Assembly (NCBI GenBank): GCA_002269645.1
Contig: NIVC01003654.1
Span: 21,217-85,216 of the forward strand
Source of the DNA: Macrostomum lignano
Taxonomy: Eukaryota
DNA length: 64,000 nucleotides
Reading direction: 5' to 3'
Positions 1 through 11,876 of this stretch are shown piece after piece (positions within the stretch are counted from its first letter, which is position 1; each line of letters opens with the position of its first letter). Made by a program: the position numbers and the translations under genes. Below the pieces are notes generated by a model. The model was not told the DNA's origin. It saw only the letters and a list, made by a program, of their open reading frames with translations, and ran no database searches.

Positions 1-40
1 AACCTCTGGGGGTTTGGCGGGCGGCGGGCGGATTAGGGAA

Positions 41-430
<390 letters not shown>

Positions 431-437
431 TGCTTAC

Positions 438-541
438 CTTTGTTGCGGTCCAGCTCTGGTCGCATGAGCTTCGGGGTCGCTCAAGCTGTCCGTCTGAAAG
501 CGCGGCAGTCTGACTGCTTCAATGGCCTGAGCTGCCGTCAT
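438..541 (-). CDS. Possible first coding exon of an unknown gene running off the window start (MTAAQAIEAVRLPRFQTDSLSDPEAHATRAGPQQ...)
   Basis: ATG at 541-539, an open GC-rich frame, and a strong donor AG|GTAAGC at 437 followed by the GATA array as putative intron. No recognisable homology. Confidence 0.3.
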
Positions 542-992
542 TTCCCCTCCGGCTGAGTCTTTGACTGTCAGTAGCCCCTACCGCTGCTCATTTTATATGG
601 ACAGCTACCAGAATGGTCAAGCCGAGTCTGACACACCAGCTGACTGACTGACGTCACTCGCACAAAGACCGCTGAGCCAGCAGCCGCCACCCCTTAGTTT
701 TTATATTCCGCCTGACAACAAAAATAATCGCTCAAAGCTGCCCCGGCTGCGGCCGCTACAAGTCAAGATAAGCGGAGGGGGTGGCTGCCCCGCCCCGTCT
801 GGGCGGACTGGGGCACCCCGTGACTGAGCCGGTGTCAATCAAAATCTATTTATACCCAGACTTCACAGCTGGGAACTCAATAAAAACAGCGACAAGGGAT
901 ATAAAGAGTACGAGTGCTCATAACTTAGACGGCTCTGCAATCCATGCGGGCTCTCTTTCCCTTGAAACTCTTTCGTTCTCCTAACGTTTTCG

Positions 993-1225
<233 letters not shown>

Positions 1226-2693
1226 TGCACAATTAGTTAATCAGAGTCACCTGCTGCTGTCCGAAGCAGTCGCTGGGGCTGAACTGCCCGACGGGTCCCA
1301 GAGCTGCGGCGGCTTCAGGACGCCAGCGGAGACTGGATGGCCTGCGGCTGGATTTTCGGGGAAATTCCCTTAGACCCTGGATCGCTTACCAACCAAATAT
1401 TTGTAGTAAATTTGAAAATATAGCTTTGTAATGCAAAAATTTGTGAAAAGAATTCCATGTTAGTCACGCACCTCACGCCTCCGTCACCGCCCGGTGAAGT
1501 CGAGCAGCCTCGAACGGCTTGGCGCGGCTGTTGCTGCTGAGGCTGCAGAGGGCGCTGGGTCTGATGAGGCACGCAGCCGGCAGCCGCGTCCAGCTTCAGC
1601 TGGTGCGCCCCGGTGCCGCAGACGGAGCAGCGGCCGGACTCCAGGCGGTGACCGGGCAGGCGGGGCAGCCGCAGCCGCTGCAGCAGCGTCACCGACCCGT
1701 TTGTCTGATCCTGCAGGCGGTTTCATGTCCTTACTGCTCTACTTATGGTAGGTTAGTAGCGAATTTCGCTAACATTTTTATGTCAAAGAATCACAAAATG
1801 TTTGCAAAGTTAGTCGATAAAAATCTTCATACACGCCAGCAGGAAGAATATCAGTTTCATTGTTGGGAACGCAGCCTCGTTGCTGACTCGAGCCGCATCT
1901 GTACACACAGGAGCGTCAATTTTATCAAAATTTTGCGTTATTTCCCCGGATTTCAAAATTTTGCACCGCACGTTGTCATTCTGCGCAGCTGGCAGTAGGA
2001 ATTTTATTCAGAAATTTGTCTGCACAACATTTTTCTGGTTGGTGTTGGTTCGGGTACTTTTGGGAAGGAAACCATTGCCTCAATGCCCAAATTTTATCTG
2101 CCTCAAATGTAAACAGAAATTGAAATTTTGTCTTTCCTTGCTAAAAAGCTCCAGCTCGACATTCGGTGGCAAGGCGGGGGGGGGCAAGAGGTATCCGCAT
2201 GCATGCAGATCCCCGCGGGATCCTTCAGGCCCGCGCCACTGGGGCGTCTCTGCAGGGGGGGGGGGCAGGGGCTTGGCCATCAGTTTTTTACGATATCCTG
2301 CAGCTCCCAGCAACCCCCAGTTAGCCGGCGCGCTACTGATGAAGCCGTCCAGCTTCCGAACCCCCCTAATCGGGGTTGCGGATTCCCATAGTAGTTGCAT
2401 CGGCAAGGCGGAGTTGGGGGGGGGGTCGGGCGCAGTTTCAGTTTTTTCTCCTCCTAACCTCGGCCGGGCAGGAGAAACAGGTGGAATCCCGCTGCCTGAG
2501 GATCATTTTCCCACTTTACCTGGGCCGCTTCCGCCTCCGCCCCAACCCCCCCGTCAGGCAGCACGGCACAGGCAGCGCCCATGGAGCTCTGAGATTTATC
2601 AGCATCTGGACTGAAAATTCACCAACCCAAGACGTATTGATTATATGGTCAGTAAGAAAGCTTTTGCACTTTTGCTGATCCACTGCACCACAA

Positions 2694-2876
2694 CACCCGA
2701 ACTCTCCACTAACACCCGAACTCTCCACTAACACCCGAACTCTCCACTAACACCCGAACTCTCCACTAACACCCAAACTCTCCACTAACACCCAAACTCT
2801 CCACTAACACCCGAACTCTCCACTAACACCCTAACTCTCCACTAACACCCAAACTCTCCACTAACACCCGAACTCT
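2694..2876. repeat. 19-bp minisatellite (ACTCTCCACTAACACCCGA)
   Basis: About 9-10 tandem copies read directly. Confidence 0.95.
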
Positions 2877-3454
2877 TAATGGCTTGTCGTGCGACTCCCC
2901 GCGCCCATGACTGGGGCCGACCTTCAAGACACAGGAAGGCTGCGGGTCCACTACAGTCATTGTGATGCAACTCCTGCAGTTCGACGTTTCTGAGACCCTT
3001 TCCCCAGCTTCCACTCTCCCCGTCTCTAGATTCTCCATCTCGAACTCCATAAGCCGGCTCCGCTTCACCAGTGCCTCCCCAGTGGAGAGGGCAGGGGGTA
3101 TGGGAATTATCGGTCGGTGGAGAGCCGAACCCCAGGCGGAGGGGAGTAGTGAATGACTGGTGCAGCAGGCAGGTGGGTCCTGGTCGGACCCGCCTTCAAT
3201 GCTCGTATAACCGTTCATTTTTTATCGTCATTAAGAAGCCGGCGGATCTTGAAGAAGAAGCGTTTTTTATGTTGCAGAACCTTCGCTCTTGCTGGGTAGG
3301 TTTTGTTTTAGTTCGACTTTCGAATGGTCTTAAAATCTTCAGTTTGAACTGACAGCAGGCCTGAGTTACTGAACCATTTGGAGTTAGTTCATCATAGTTT
3401 AGTCTTAATCAATAATGTCAGTTTTACACTGTCGGGTACTCAGGCACCAGACTG

Positions 3455-3805
3455 TCTTACACAACCCCGTCTTACCCAATCCCACCTTACACAATCCCGT
3501 CTTACACAACCCCGTCTTACACAATCCCACCTTACACAACCCCGTCTTACACAACCCCGTCTTACACAATCCCACCTTACACAACCCCGTCTTACACAAC
3601 CCCGTCTTACACAATCCCACCTTACACAACCCCGTCTTACACAACCCCATCTTACACCACCCCGTCTTACACAACCCCGTCTTACACAATCCCACCTTAC
3701 ACAACCCCGTCTTACACAACCCCGTCTTACACAACCCCGTCTTACACCACCCCGTCTTACACCACCCCGTCAGACACCATCCCGTCATACACCGCCCCGT
3801 TAGAC
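3455..3805. repeat. 15-bp minisatellite (CTTACACAACCCCGT)
   Basis: About 23 tandem copies; explains ORFs 3378-3803, 3405-3788 and 3415-3948. Confidence 0.95.
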
Positions 3806-3822
3806 ACCGTCACCCAGCTCAC

Positions 3823-3927
3823 CTTCAGCAGGAACTCTCTGCTCTTCGGGCTCGGCACGGCCAGCTGAATTGCCTGACGCTGCAGCTCGGCCAGGCACTG
3901 CCGACAAGCTTCGCAGCGAGTTTCCAT
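3823..3927 (-). CDS. Possible coding exon of a small unknown gene (METRCEACRQCLAELQRQAIQLAVPSPKSREFLLK)
   Basis: ATG at 3927, 35 codons, donor AAG|GTGAGC at 3822. A phase-0 acceptor (aactcag|) precedes 3360, with the 15-bp minisatellite lying inside the implied intron. No homology recognised. Confidence 0.3.
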
Positions 3928-5058
3928 GGAGACGCCCCTTTTTCTTAGTCAGCACCTGCACACACGGGCAAGCGCTGCCGCTGCTGATAATATCTGAAGC
4001 AGGCCTGACAGAGCGCGGTAGCAGCAGCCAATGAAAATGGAGCTAAAAACTCTTCCGGGTTCCGGAATGCGCCAGAGGCATCATAAAGTTTAAACCTATT
4101 TATTAACTGCATACGACGCAATGCGCAACTCCTAGCACGCCAGTATTTCCAGGAACCCTAATTACGAGTATTTCTTCGCTCATAAGGGCCACCTAAATTG
4201 GCTGCGGATTGAGCTTTGATTTGCCGCTAAAAATAATAACAGGTTTTCAAAAACCAGCAGATTCCGGATCCTTGTATCAGGAAATGACGGAACGATAAGC
4301 GGACGAAGAGCCAGCGCTAAACAGTCTCAGATTTCTATTTTTTGTCGAAATAGAGTAGTCATGACAGGACTTCTGGTGCAAAGACAACCAAATCCCCTTG
4401 GATCAACATCTATTTATACATAATGACCCTATTTCTAAAATTATCCAGCTCAATGCAATACTTACAATTGCTGATCCAAGGGTGACACAAAAATCCCACT
4501 TAGATCAACATCTTTTTTGTCTTTTTTTGTCTGGGTGTCAGATTCGCGAAATCAATGAAAAATATTTTTGAAGACAGTTTGAATTTGTGTTTTTTTTAAG
4601 TGTAGTGTTGGTGAATGTGTTGAAGAGTCAATCTTGGCTGTCTCGTGGAGGGATACTGGAGGGGGTTGGGCTTAAAAAATGACCAAAAACCCACCAAAAC
4701 CCATCTACCATTACTCCATACTAATTAAATTAGTGGGTTTTGAGTGTCTGATTAACATTAGCCGAGTGTGCGCTCATACAGCTTGAAAGTTAAGTGGGAA
4801 TTTTGTTGTCCCAGAGGGCGGGGTGCTTGTCTATTTTATTGCACTTAGATTAGCAGTTGAAATTATTGCGTTAAGGTGGCTAGTTTTAGATTTAAGAGCA
4901 TTATATGCCAATAGATTTCAGCAGAGTTTGATCGAAGGGAATTTGGTTATCTTCGCATCAGAAGTCCTGTCATGACAACTACAGAAAAGTCAATCAAAAG
5001 GGCTGGACAAAGTGAAAGACAGGCGGGCGAGTCTGCTTTGGTTGAGCTGGCTGCACAG

Positions 5059-5278
5059 TCACGGGTTTCTGTCGCTTGAGTCGCACCGGTCAGAGGGGGG
5101 CGGGCCGGTCACACCAGCCGCCGCCTCGGACTCCTCCTGCTCAGCGTACATCCGCCTCAGGCTGGCAATGCGGGCTTCCCTCTCCGCCTGGTAGGCCGAC
5201 ATCCGCGAGTTCACGAGCCCGTAGGCCGGGTAGACCGCCGCCGCCGCAGCCGCCGCCGTGGAGTCGCCGCCACCGCCT

Positions 5279-5322
<44 letters not shown>

Positions 5323-5467
5323 TCTCCCGGAGCGGCCGATGCGCAGGCTGTCCACCTTGTGCAGGAAGCGCGCCACAGCGAGGCACCAGCAGGCCAGGGC
5401 CAGGCAGAACAGGACGGCATCGACGACTGTCCAGCGAGGCGGCTCCTCTTCGCTGGCTGTTTCGCCT
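5059..5467 (-). CDS. Terminal exon of an orphan single-pass membrane protein with a cytoplasmic poly-Gly/poly-Ala tract
   Basis: Acceptor ctacag| near 5468. The frame reads ...EEEPPRWTVVDAVLFCLALACWCLAVARFLHKVDSLRIGRSGRG(n)DSTA(n)VYPAYG...SDRNP* (stop 5061-5059), with a hydrophobic segment followed by basic residues. Upstream exons not located. Confidence 0.6.
5270..5322. repeat. (GCC)n trinucleotide repeat within a coding exon
   Basis: A gccgccgcc run that encodes poly-Gly on the minus strand. Confidence 0.9.
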
Positions 5468-5717
5468 GTAGAAAAGAGACATCGCGTGCGTGATCGAACT
5501 GTTCTACTTACAGTAGAAAAATTGGGATATTGGAATTTGAAAAATGGCGCCCATTTCTATCAGCAGCACGTGACGCCTGTTATCTAGATCGCGCTGACCC
5601 CCTCCCCGGCTTTTTGTCTATAGCGATTTTTGGACGATAATTCTGCTGGCGCCTCCGACTAATCACTTCGCAGGTGAATGGGGCGGATTCCCATTATCCA
5701 AAAACAAGGTAGCCAAG

Positions 5718-5845
5718 TCACTCTCCTCGTCACTGTTCTAATCACTCTTCTAGTCACTCTTCTAGTCACTCTCCTCGTCACTATTCTAGTCACTCTTCTA
5801 GCTCTTCTTGTCACTCTTCTAATCACATTTAGTCACTCTTCAAGT
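5718..5845. repeat. 12-bp minisatellite (GTCACTCTTCTA)
   Basis: About 10 degenerate copies. Confidence 0.85.
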
Positions 5846-7259
5846 CATCTACGCGAAATACCCTGCGCTTGAAGATCCTTGAGTGAGTTGTGCGTCTTCT
5901 TGGAGCTCGGGAACCTTATTCGAGCTGCAGGGGCACTGAAATTCATCTTTCCCCAATGGCGGCTCTCGCGAGCGCCCACTTTTGACTGGCTGTGGCGCAA
6001 GCGCGCTTACAAGAACAACCCGAGAGCCTTCAAAATCAAATCCTTTGAGAACTTCGATACGATTAAAATTGAGATATTTTGAGAGGGGTCTGGGATTCTG
6101 AGATTCCCCAGCAACAAGAAACTTGCAGAGAGCGGAACCTGCTGCTTGGCCCAGCCAGAATTTCCGCTGCACTAATAAAAAAATCTGGTAGCCCAAGAGA
6201 ATTGGCGAAAGCCTTTCAGACCGTTGCACCTCACTTACACCCCAGCCTGGTTACTTTGGAACTTCAAGGATTTACGTTAAAGACAAGAGCGAGGAGCGAG
6301 GGAGTGGCGGCCGAAGCCGGGCCGGGGCGCGGCGGGGGTTCCCGGAACAGATTCCCGCGGCCAAAGTCCTTCGCGAATAAAAGCCCCCATAGATCAGTGC
6401 CAGACGGGCATCATCGCCCCTGGCCTTCTGTTCCACTGCAAAGCATCGCCAGCCTCCAGTTTGAACAATGCTGCGATGCGGCAGCGTTCGATGTGGCGAA
6501 CTTTTCATCAAATTCAGCGGGAAGAAGAGGCCCCGGGCTGGCGCAGAAATGCCAGTCTGACTCTGGCGGCGACCCCCAACTGCTATCGGGTTGGGTTGCT
6601 ACCCGGATTTCCCCACAGCCCAGCTCTCTTACTGTGCGAATACTCACTCGAATTCGATTCAAACGATTCGCCGATTCCGCCGTGAGCAGCGATAGCCAGG
6701 TGAGCTGGTGGCGGCATTTCATACAGCACCGTTGCTTCTGGCAGTTTCTGCTTTCGCAGCTGTCTTCTTCTTTTCTGCTGCTTCTTGGGGGGGCTTTAGA
6801 AATGCTGGTTGAAAGGAACTCTCTCAGACCAGGGCGAGCCGCTCCTCAGCATCCGTTTGATTGGCTGCGAACTCGCTGCCGTCACTTGCCGAGTAAAATA
6901 AGCACTGCCGGGTGGGTGAGACTACTCATGCTAGTAGAGCAGCGGAGTTTTACGCCAGAGCCTACCGCGCCGCCTGCAATTTATCAGCTGTGCTTGGGTT
7001 TGTCAGCTAACTATTCTAAACACGAACGAGCGAAGACTCAGACCCCAATTTGCATATGCAGATTTTGTTCGGCCCGACTCGATGACAGCGGGCGGGCATT
7101 GCGGAGCTGAAGACATCCTAGGATGGGGAAGAGCTTGTTTTTCATGCTGAACTGCTCTGGACTGGGAGATTAGAAGGCTGGTGTGGTTGGCGGGATTCAG
7201 ACAGAATTGAGTCAGTGGGGGGCGTCATTTGAGGGAGAAAACAGAGAGAATAGGGCAGG

Positions 7260-7795
7260 CGACGGAGGGTAGGAGATGGAGGGTAGGAGGGTAGGAGACG
7301 GAGGGTAAGAGGGTAGTAGAGGGAGGGTAGGAGGGTAGGAGACGGAGGGTAGGAGACGGAGGGTAGGAGACGGAGGGTAGGAGGGTAGTAGACGGAGTGT
7401 AGGAGGGTAGTAGACGGAGGGTAGGCGGAGGGTAGGGGATGGAGGGTAGGAGACGGAGGGTAGGAGACGGAGGGTAGGAGACGGGGGTAGGAGACGGAGG
7501 AGTAGGAGACGGAGGGTAGGAGACGGGGGTAGGAGACGGAGGGTAGGAGACGGAGGGTAGGAGACGGAGGGTAGGAGACGGAGGGTAGGAGACGGAGGGT
7601 AGGAGACGGAGGGTAGGAGACGGAGGGTAGGAGACGGAGGGTAGGAGACGGAGGGTAGGAGACGGAGGGTAGGAGACGGAGGGTAGGAGACGAGGGTAGG
7701 AGACGGAGGGTAGGAGACGGAGGGTAGGAGACGGAGGGTAGGAGGGTAGGAGACGGAGGGTAGGAGGGTAGGAGACGGAGGGTAGGAGACGGAGA
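7260..7795. repeat. 14-bp purine-rich minisatellite (GGAGGGTAGGAGAC)
   Basis: About 38 copies; explains ORFs 7142-7801 and 7225-7887. Confidence 0.95.
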
Positions 7796-8578
7796 GTGCA
7801 ATTTACAACCAGAGGGAACATGAGGGTGGCTGAGGGGGTGAGCAGAGAGGGGAAGAGCTGGCCGAGAGCTGAGACACAGCAGGCCAAGAGGGAGATGAAG
7901 GACTCAATGTAGACGCATTAATTGACCCCGGGGTCAGTCTGGGGATAAATGCAGCCTTGGCTCTGAAACAATCCCCAGGGGAGAGCCCTGAGCCGAGTTG
8001 CCTGTGAAAGCAGAAAAATGCGAGGCACATTTCTCAACTAGCCTTCGGGAGCACGGCGGAGCTCACTCTATTTTTATTGCTAGCCGGGTCCGGGGAGGTC
8101 AGGCGGGCAGTTCAAAGCGGCGAGATGAAGCAAAAGTTGAGGCAACCGGAGCGGGCGGGGCGGCGCGCGGAGACAGCGGCGCCGCCTTCCTGATTGACGC
8201 GCTCGGGTTCCGGGACGGAGCCCCGCCAGGAGGGAGCGGGACCTCTCTAGTCGGCATCGAGGCCAGTGTGAGCGCAGGGGGGAAGGAGAGTCCGCACTGG
8301 CTGCTGCTGAGTGGGAAAATCCCAGTGACTCCGAGCCCCCCCCCCAGCATTATTGATTGGCCCTGAGAGAATGGAGATATTATAGAAACAGAGAGGAAGC
8401 GAGCTCAGCCTGGTGGATCCGCTGTCCTCGGGCAGCCAATGAGGGTCTGAGAGCCGTACAGATCTCTCTCGGGGAATTTGAGTAGCGGTCTCAATCTCGG
8501 AGGACTCTAACGATCCGCTAGACTGTAACGCGATTTGCTGCTCACCCGGCCGGACCCTGCAGGCAACCTTGCCAGCTC

Positions 8579-9511
8579 ATGGAGACTCAGTCGGCATTCA
8601 AAGAGGCTGAGGCGGCGGGCGACCAAGCTGCGGCTCGTGTTGACGTCATCGACCAGCTGGAGGAGGAGGAGAGGCCGCCCTCCCGTCCGACGCTGCTGCT
8701 GCCGCCGGCTGCGATGCGCCGACTGGAGCGAAAGCACCGGCGGGCGGTGCGGCGGGAGCGGCGGCGGAAGCGACGACAGGAGCGGCTGCAGTGGCAGCAG
8801 AGCTGGCCGCGGCTTCCGCGTCCGAGATGGCTGCCCGAGTGTCCGGAAACTGCCGGATGCTGCTGCATCGGATGCAGCAGAGGCGGCAATCATGAAAATC
8901 GTCCCGACGATGACGGAGACGACAGCGGCGAGTTTGAAGATGTCGAAGAGCAGCAGCTGGGCGACGGCGCTCCGCGGTGGCGTCGGCGGACGCGGCAGCG
9001 GCAGCGGAGGCGGTGGTCGCGGCTGTGCAGGTCGGCGGTGGCGGCCGCCTACCGCACGGTCTGCTTGGGCATCGGGCTGGCTGGCGTCGCCTGCCTGGCT
9101 GTGGTCGGCCTCGCCGCTGAGTCGTCCCGAGCCCTCTTGACCGCCGGCTGCCTGCTGCTGCTGGCCTGCCTGGGGCTCTGCGCCAATCAGTGCTTCCTGC
9201 AGTCCGCGGGCGGTGGCGGCACTGGCAGCACTGCTCGGCAACCGGATCAGCGCCAGCAGCAGCCTCCAGACAGCTTGGATGCCCCGGACACTGCAGCCGC
9301 AATCGACGCCTTAGTTGCTCGGCGGGTGTCCGCGGCGTTGCAGCTGCCGCAAGATCCGGCCGCGGTGGCAATTTGGCGCCGAGAGGCTGAGCGGCTGCAT
9401 CATCTACACCACGAGCATCACCAGTTTCACGGGCACAGCGTGGTTCGATCACTGTCTCTGGCGCACGGCGCTGGCTGGCTGCGGCCGGCCTGGGCTGTGG
9501 ATTCTCGCTGA
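8579..9511 (+). CDS. Orphan 310-aa protein with two predicted TM helices
   Basis: Acceptor ccctgcag| about 18 nt upstream of the ATG and GC3-rich codons. Two hydrophobic segments (VCLGIGLAGVACLAVVGLAA; ALLTAGCLLLLACLGLCA), Arg-rich and acidic N-terminal tracts, His-rich C-terminus. Confidence 0.7.
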   Translation: METQSAFKEAEAAGDQAAARVDVIDQLEEEERPPSRPTLLLPPAAMRRLERKHRRAVRRERRRKRRQERLQWQQSWPRLPRPRWLPECPETAGCCCIGCSRGGNHENRPDDDGDDSGEFEDVEEQQLGDGAPRWRRRTRQRQRRRWSRLCRSAVAAAYRTVCLGIGLAGVACLAVVGLAAESSRALLTAGCLLLLACLGLCANQCFLQSAGGGGTGSTARQPDQRQQQPPDSLDAPDTAAAIDALVARRVSAALQLPQDPAAVAIWRREAERLHHLHHEHHQFHGHSVVRSLSLAHGAGWLRPAWAVDSR

Positions 9512-9685
9512 ACCCAGCTATACCTTGCGTGCTGCATTTATTCTTTAAGTGTTGTGAGACTGCTATTATGAGACTCTGACTCGAAGTTAGAGAATTAAAA
9601 TTCCATCAACCCACTCGGGGGGTTAGAAAATTAGAGACGGAAATATTCTGCTTAAGGGAGACAGTTAGAATAAAGTAATGGTGCG

Positions 9686-10045
9686 CTAGCCAATCAGCGG
9701 GCCGCAGTGGGTTCTTGGGGATAGATAAGGATAGATAGCTACGGGGGGTAGGGAAGGGGGTGGTGGCCGGTGCGTTAGCCAATCAGCGGGCCGCAGTGGG
9801 TTCTTGGGGGTAGATAAGGATAGATAGCTACGGGGGGTAGGGAAGGGGGTGGTGGCCGGTGCGTTAGCCAATCAGCGGGCCGCAGTGGGTTCTTGGGGAT
9901 AGATAAGGATAGATAGCTACGGGGGGTAGGGAAGGGGGTGGTGGCCGGTGCGCTAGCCAATCAGCGAGCAGCAGTGTGTTCTTGGGGATAGATAAGGATA
10001 GATAGCTACGGGGGCACAAATGGGGGTGGTGCGCTAGCCAATCAA
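9686..10045. repeat. 89-bp tandem repeat, about 4 copies
   Basis: Unit GCCAATCAGCGGGCCGCAGTGGGTTCTTGGGGATAGATAAGGATAGATAGCTACGGGGGGTAGGGAAGGGGGTGGTGGCCGGTGCGTTA. Near-identical ORFs at 9686 and 9775 are offset by 89 nt. Confidence 0.93.
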
Positions 10046-10589
10046 CGAGCGTATCGTGGCTAATTTATTGTAGAAAAAATGGACAAATCGAGTCAATTAT
10101 GGTACTGCAAGCTATATTAGATGGGGAATTCAGCATTGTATGGCCAAGTCATTCGGTAGAAGACGATTATTTCAATTGGAAGTCTACGCATTCCCAGAAA
10201 TTCAATCAATTGCTAAATCAATTAATGAGCCAAGGGCTTCTCAAGGTCGATTCTCCTCTCCCTTTGCGTCCAAAAAATAATAAAATCCCAAGAAATACTG
10301 CATGGAAAGAATTAGGCTGAGAAGGCTGAAATCCCTAATTATATCTGGCAGAACTGACTTCGGCAGTGACAGCCATTCAACGTGCCGGACTGCCTGGATG
10401 CTTTGAGTTCGCGAATTTCATTTCTTCTTGTTTCTGTCTGCTATTGTGCATGCAATACGCGGTTCCTCACGTTACAACAGGCCAGTCTAGCTGATCAAAT
10501 CCAACAGATTTCATGAGCTTTTTCATTTTCTTAATGCGCTTGCGCCTGCGCGTAAACAATTTTAATGCCAGCTTGTGTTACAGTGCAGC

Positions 10590-10598
10590 TGTCTGTCC

Positions 10599-10688
<90 letters not shown>

Positions 10689-10696
10689 CTGTCTGC
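10590..10696. repeat. (CTGT)n / GTCY microsatellite
   Basis: A gtctgtct run with gtcc variants at both ends. Confidence 0.95.
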
Positions 10697-10931
10697 ACAA
10701 TCATGAATCCCCAAAGCGTGCGGTTCAGGTCATCCCGGCAGCCGAATGTGTCTGGGGGCTTTAAATAATGGATGCGCTGCAGGGCAGACAGGGCCATAAC
10801 CCGGTGTTAATCTCTGCACCGAAATTGGCTTAGAGGGGAAATTGAATAATTTATGCGAAATATGAGCCTCGCCTTGAAATGCTCTTCAGCTGCAAGGAAC
10901 CCAAAAAACTTTTCTTTGTAAAGATCTGTAA

Positions 10932-11360
10932 ACATCTGACACTTGATACCTGACACCTGACATCTGACAACTGACACCTGACATTTGACACCTGATACCT
11001 GACACCTGACATCTGACATCTGACACCTGATACCTGACACCTGACACCTGACATCTGACATCTGATACCCGACACCTGACACCTGACACCTGACATCTGA
11101 CATCTGATACCCGACACCTGACATCTGACACTTGACACCTGACATCTGACACCTGACATCTGACACCTGACATTTGACAACTGACACCTGACATTTGACA
11201 CCTGACATTTGACACCTGACATCTGACATCTGACACCTGACACCTGACATCTGACACCTGACACCTGACATCTGACACCTGACACTTGACACCTGACACC
11301 TGACATCTGACATCTGACATCTGACACCTGACACCTGACATCTAACATCTGACACCTGAC
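10932..11360. repeat. 7-bp minisatellite (CTGACAC/CTGACAT)
   Basis: About 60 copies; explains the three VRCQVSG-type ORFs. Confidence 0.95.
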
Positions 11361-11876
11361 TGGGCAAGTGGAGCATTCCAGTTTTTACAAGCAGACGCAA
11401 AAAGGAAGATACTGTATACAATGAAATATCAAATTCAATTCAACACATTGAGTAATCTGCTGTGGCAAAACAGGATTCATAATTAAATCGTTGCAGCTGT
11501 CAGATTTTTATTTCCTAATATCTTGTCTGATACTCGACTCAAATTTCCGTAAAAATGTGCAGATTTATACAAAATATTTCAAATAAGAAGCCAGAGATTT
11601 GAGTAATAAAAGTCCTTCAATTCGGAATTTCAGCTGAAAAGTACTTTCTAAGGGCAAAAGTACAAAACAACTTTCACATTACAAGCAAATCTTCACGTCT
11701 GAACGAAGCCCTGTCTCGGTCCCGTCAGGAAGTTTTAAAAAGTTCATTCTGAAGCGAGCACAAATTCGAAAGTAAAACGCTGTGCATACTACTGCAACTT
11801 ATCTATAAGTAGAGTAGTTTGATGAGTCGCAGAAAAAATTTAAATAAGAAAGGAGATTCTTTCTGGCAGTCGGGAT

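Noticed and set aside
1484-2614. Several overlapping 70-240-aa ORFs, including a possible exon at ~1508-1748
   Set aside because: GC-rich low-complexity sequence with no recognisable domain and no consistent splice chain.
6079-7110. 343-aa ORF
   Set aside because: No ATG start, no domain motifs and mixed composition; insufficient support.
7142-7887. Pro/Ser-rich extensin-like ORFs
   Set aside because: Translation of the 14-bp minisatellite.
8507-9452. Antisense ORFs (244 aa and 268 aa) and the alternative + frame 8535-9140
   Set aside because: Shadow ORFs of a GC-rich coding exon; only the 8579 frame has an acceptor, ATG and TM architecture.
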